The position numbers were made by a program, and so were the translations under genes. From Mobula hypostoma (Eukaryota), in assembly GCF_963921235.1 (NCBI RefSeq), contig NC_086097.1, forward strand, positions 19,656,001 through 19,720,000: a DNA stretch of 64,000 nucleotides. The letters are read 5' to 3'. How positions within the stretch are numbered: position 1 is the first letter of the stretch; every line of letters begins with the position of its first letter. The notes beneath the pieces are model-generated. The model was not told where the DNA came from. It saw only the letters and a program-made list of their open reading frames with translations, and did not search any database. Below, piece after piece: positions 63,600 through 64,000 of this stretch.

Positions 63600-64000
63600 T
63601 TATTAAAGAAGAACGATGCATAGCAAAGCAAATATAGCTCCTCCTCGTTTAACGAAGGACACTTTTGATGGCATCATTTCCGGTTTACCTGCCACCCTCG
63701 TGCCTCTCGTTGTCATTCTGGAGACGTGCAGTCCTTTCATCCCCCGTCTCTTCATCTCTTCAGCTGTCTGTTGTTTGTCTCTGATCCTGGAGACGTGCAT
63801 GCCTCTCCTCCTCTGTCTCTTCTTCTCTCATCTTCTTTTGTCCTGACTCTTTGATCCTGGCCTCATCCGATTCTTGTTCTCTCCCTCTCCTTGCCGCTTC
63901 CTGACGACGTTTGGCATTATCTTTTGACCATAATGTCCCCCTTCCCTTTCCACGCGGCATAATTAGGCTGACGTTTTTTTTACCCTAATGCTGGATAGAA
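63600..64000 (-). mobile_element. Possible Helitron-derived fragment (charged repetitive N-terminus)
   Basis: MPRGKGRG...EQESDEAR...EETEEERHARLQDQRQ, with a repeated ARLQ unit; no Rep or helicase motifs in the window. Confidence 0.4.

Noticed and set aside
60653..64000. Search for the preceding ACSS1 exon (VGEPIN...DTWWQT)
   Set aside because: Not found; it presumably lies right of the window

Overview
Eukaryotic, repeat-dense vertebrate DNA. The repeat complement (HE1/V-SINE-type SINEs, CR1, Rex1/Babar, Penelope) points to a cartilaginous fish, probably a ray; this is inference. Two spliced genes converge tail to tail. ABCD4 (lysosomal cobalamin ABC transporter) contributes its last ten coding exons on + (6457-32419). 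An ACSS1-type acetyl-CoA synthetase contributes its last six exons on - (60652-46259) and is probably the ACSS1B paralogue. All called exons have canonical GT-AG boundaries and consistent phases. Almost everything else is transposon-derived. The most striking non-genic signal is a family of Penelope-like (GIY-YIG) retroelement 3' ends carrying a minimal type-I hammerhead ribozyme (GTC-CTGACGA-stemII-GAAA-CG-TC^GAC). There are at least five copies with an intact core and many decayed ones. Several are fold-back palindromes, each with its own fold point, a ~30-40 nt unpaired tail and usually its own target-site duplication (TSD). One fills most of a 298-nt ABCD4 intron, one lies between the convergent genes, and one captured 98 bp of neighbouring DNA in inverted orientation. 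Most short ORFs in the supplied track are repeat artefacts.
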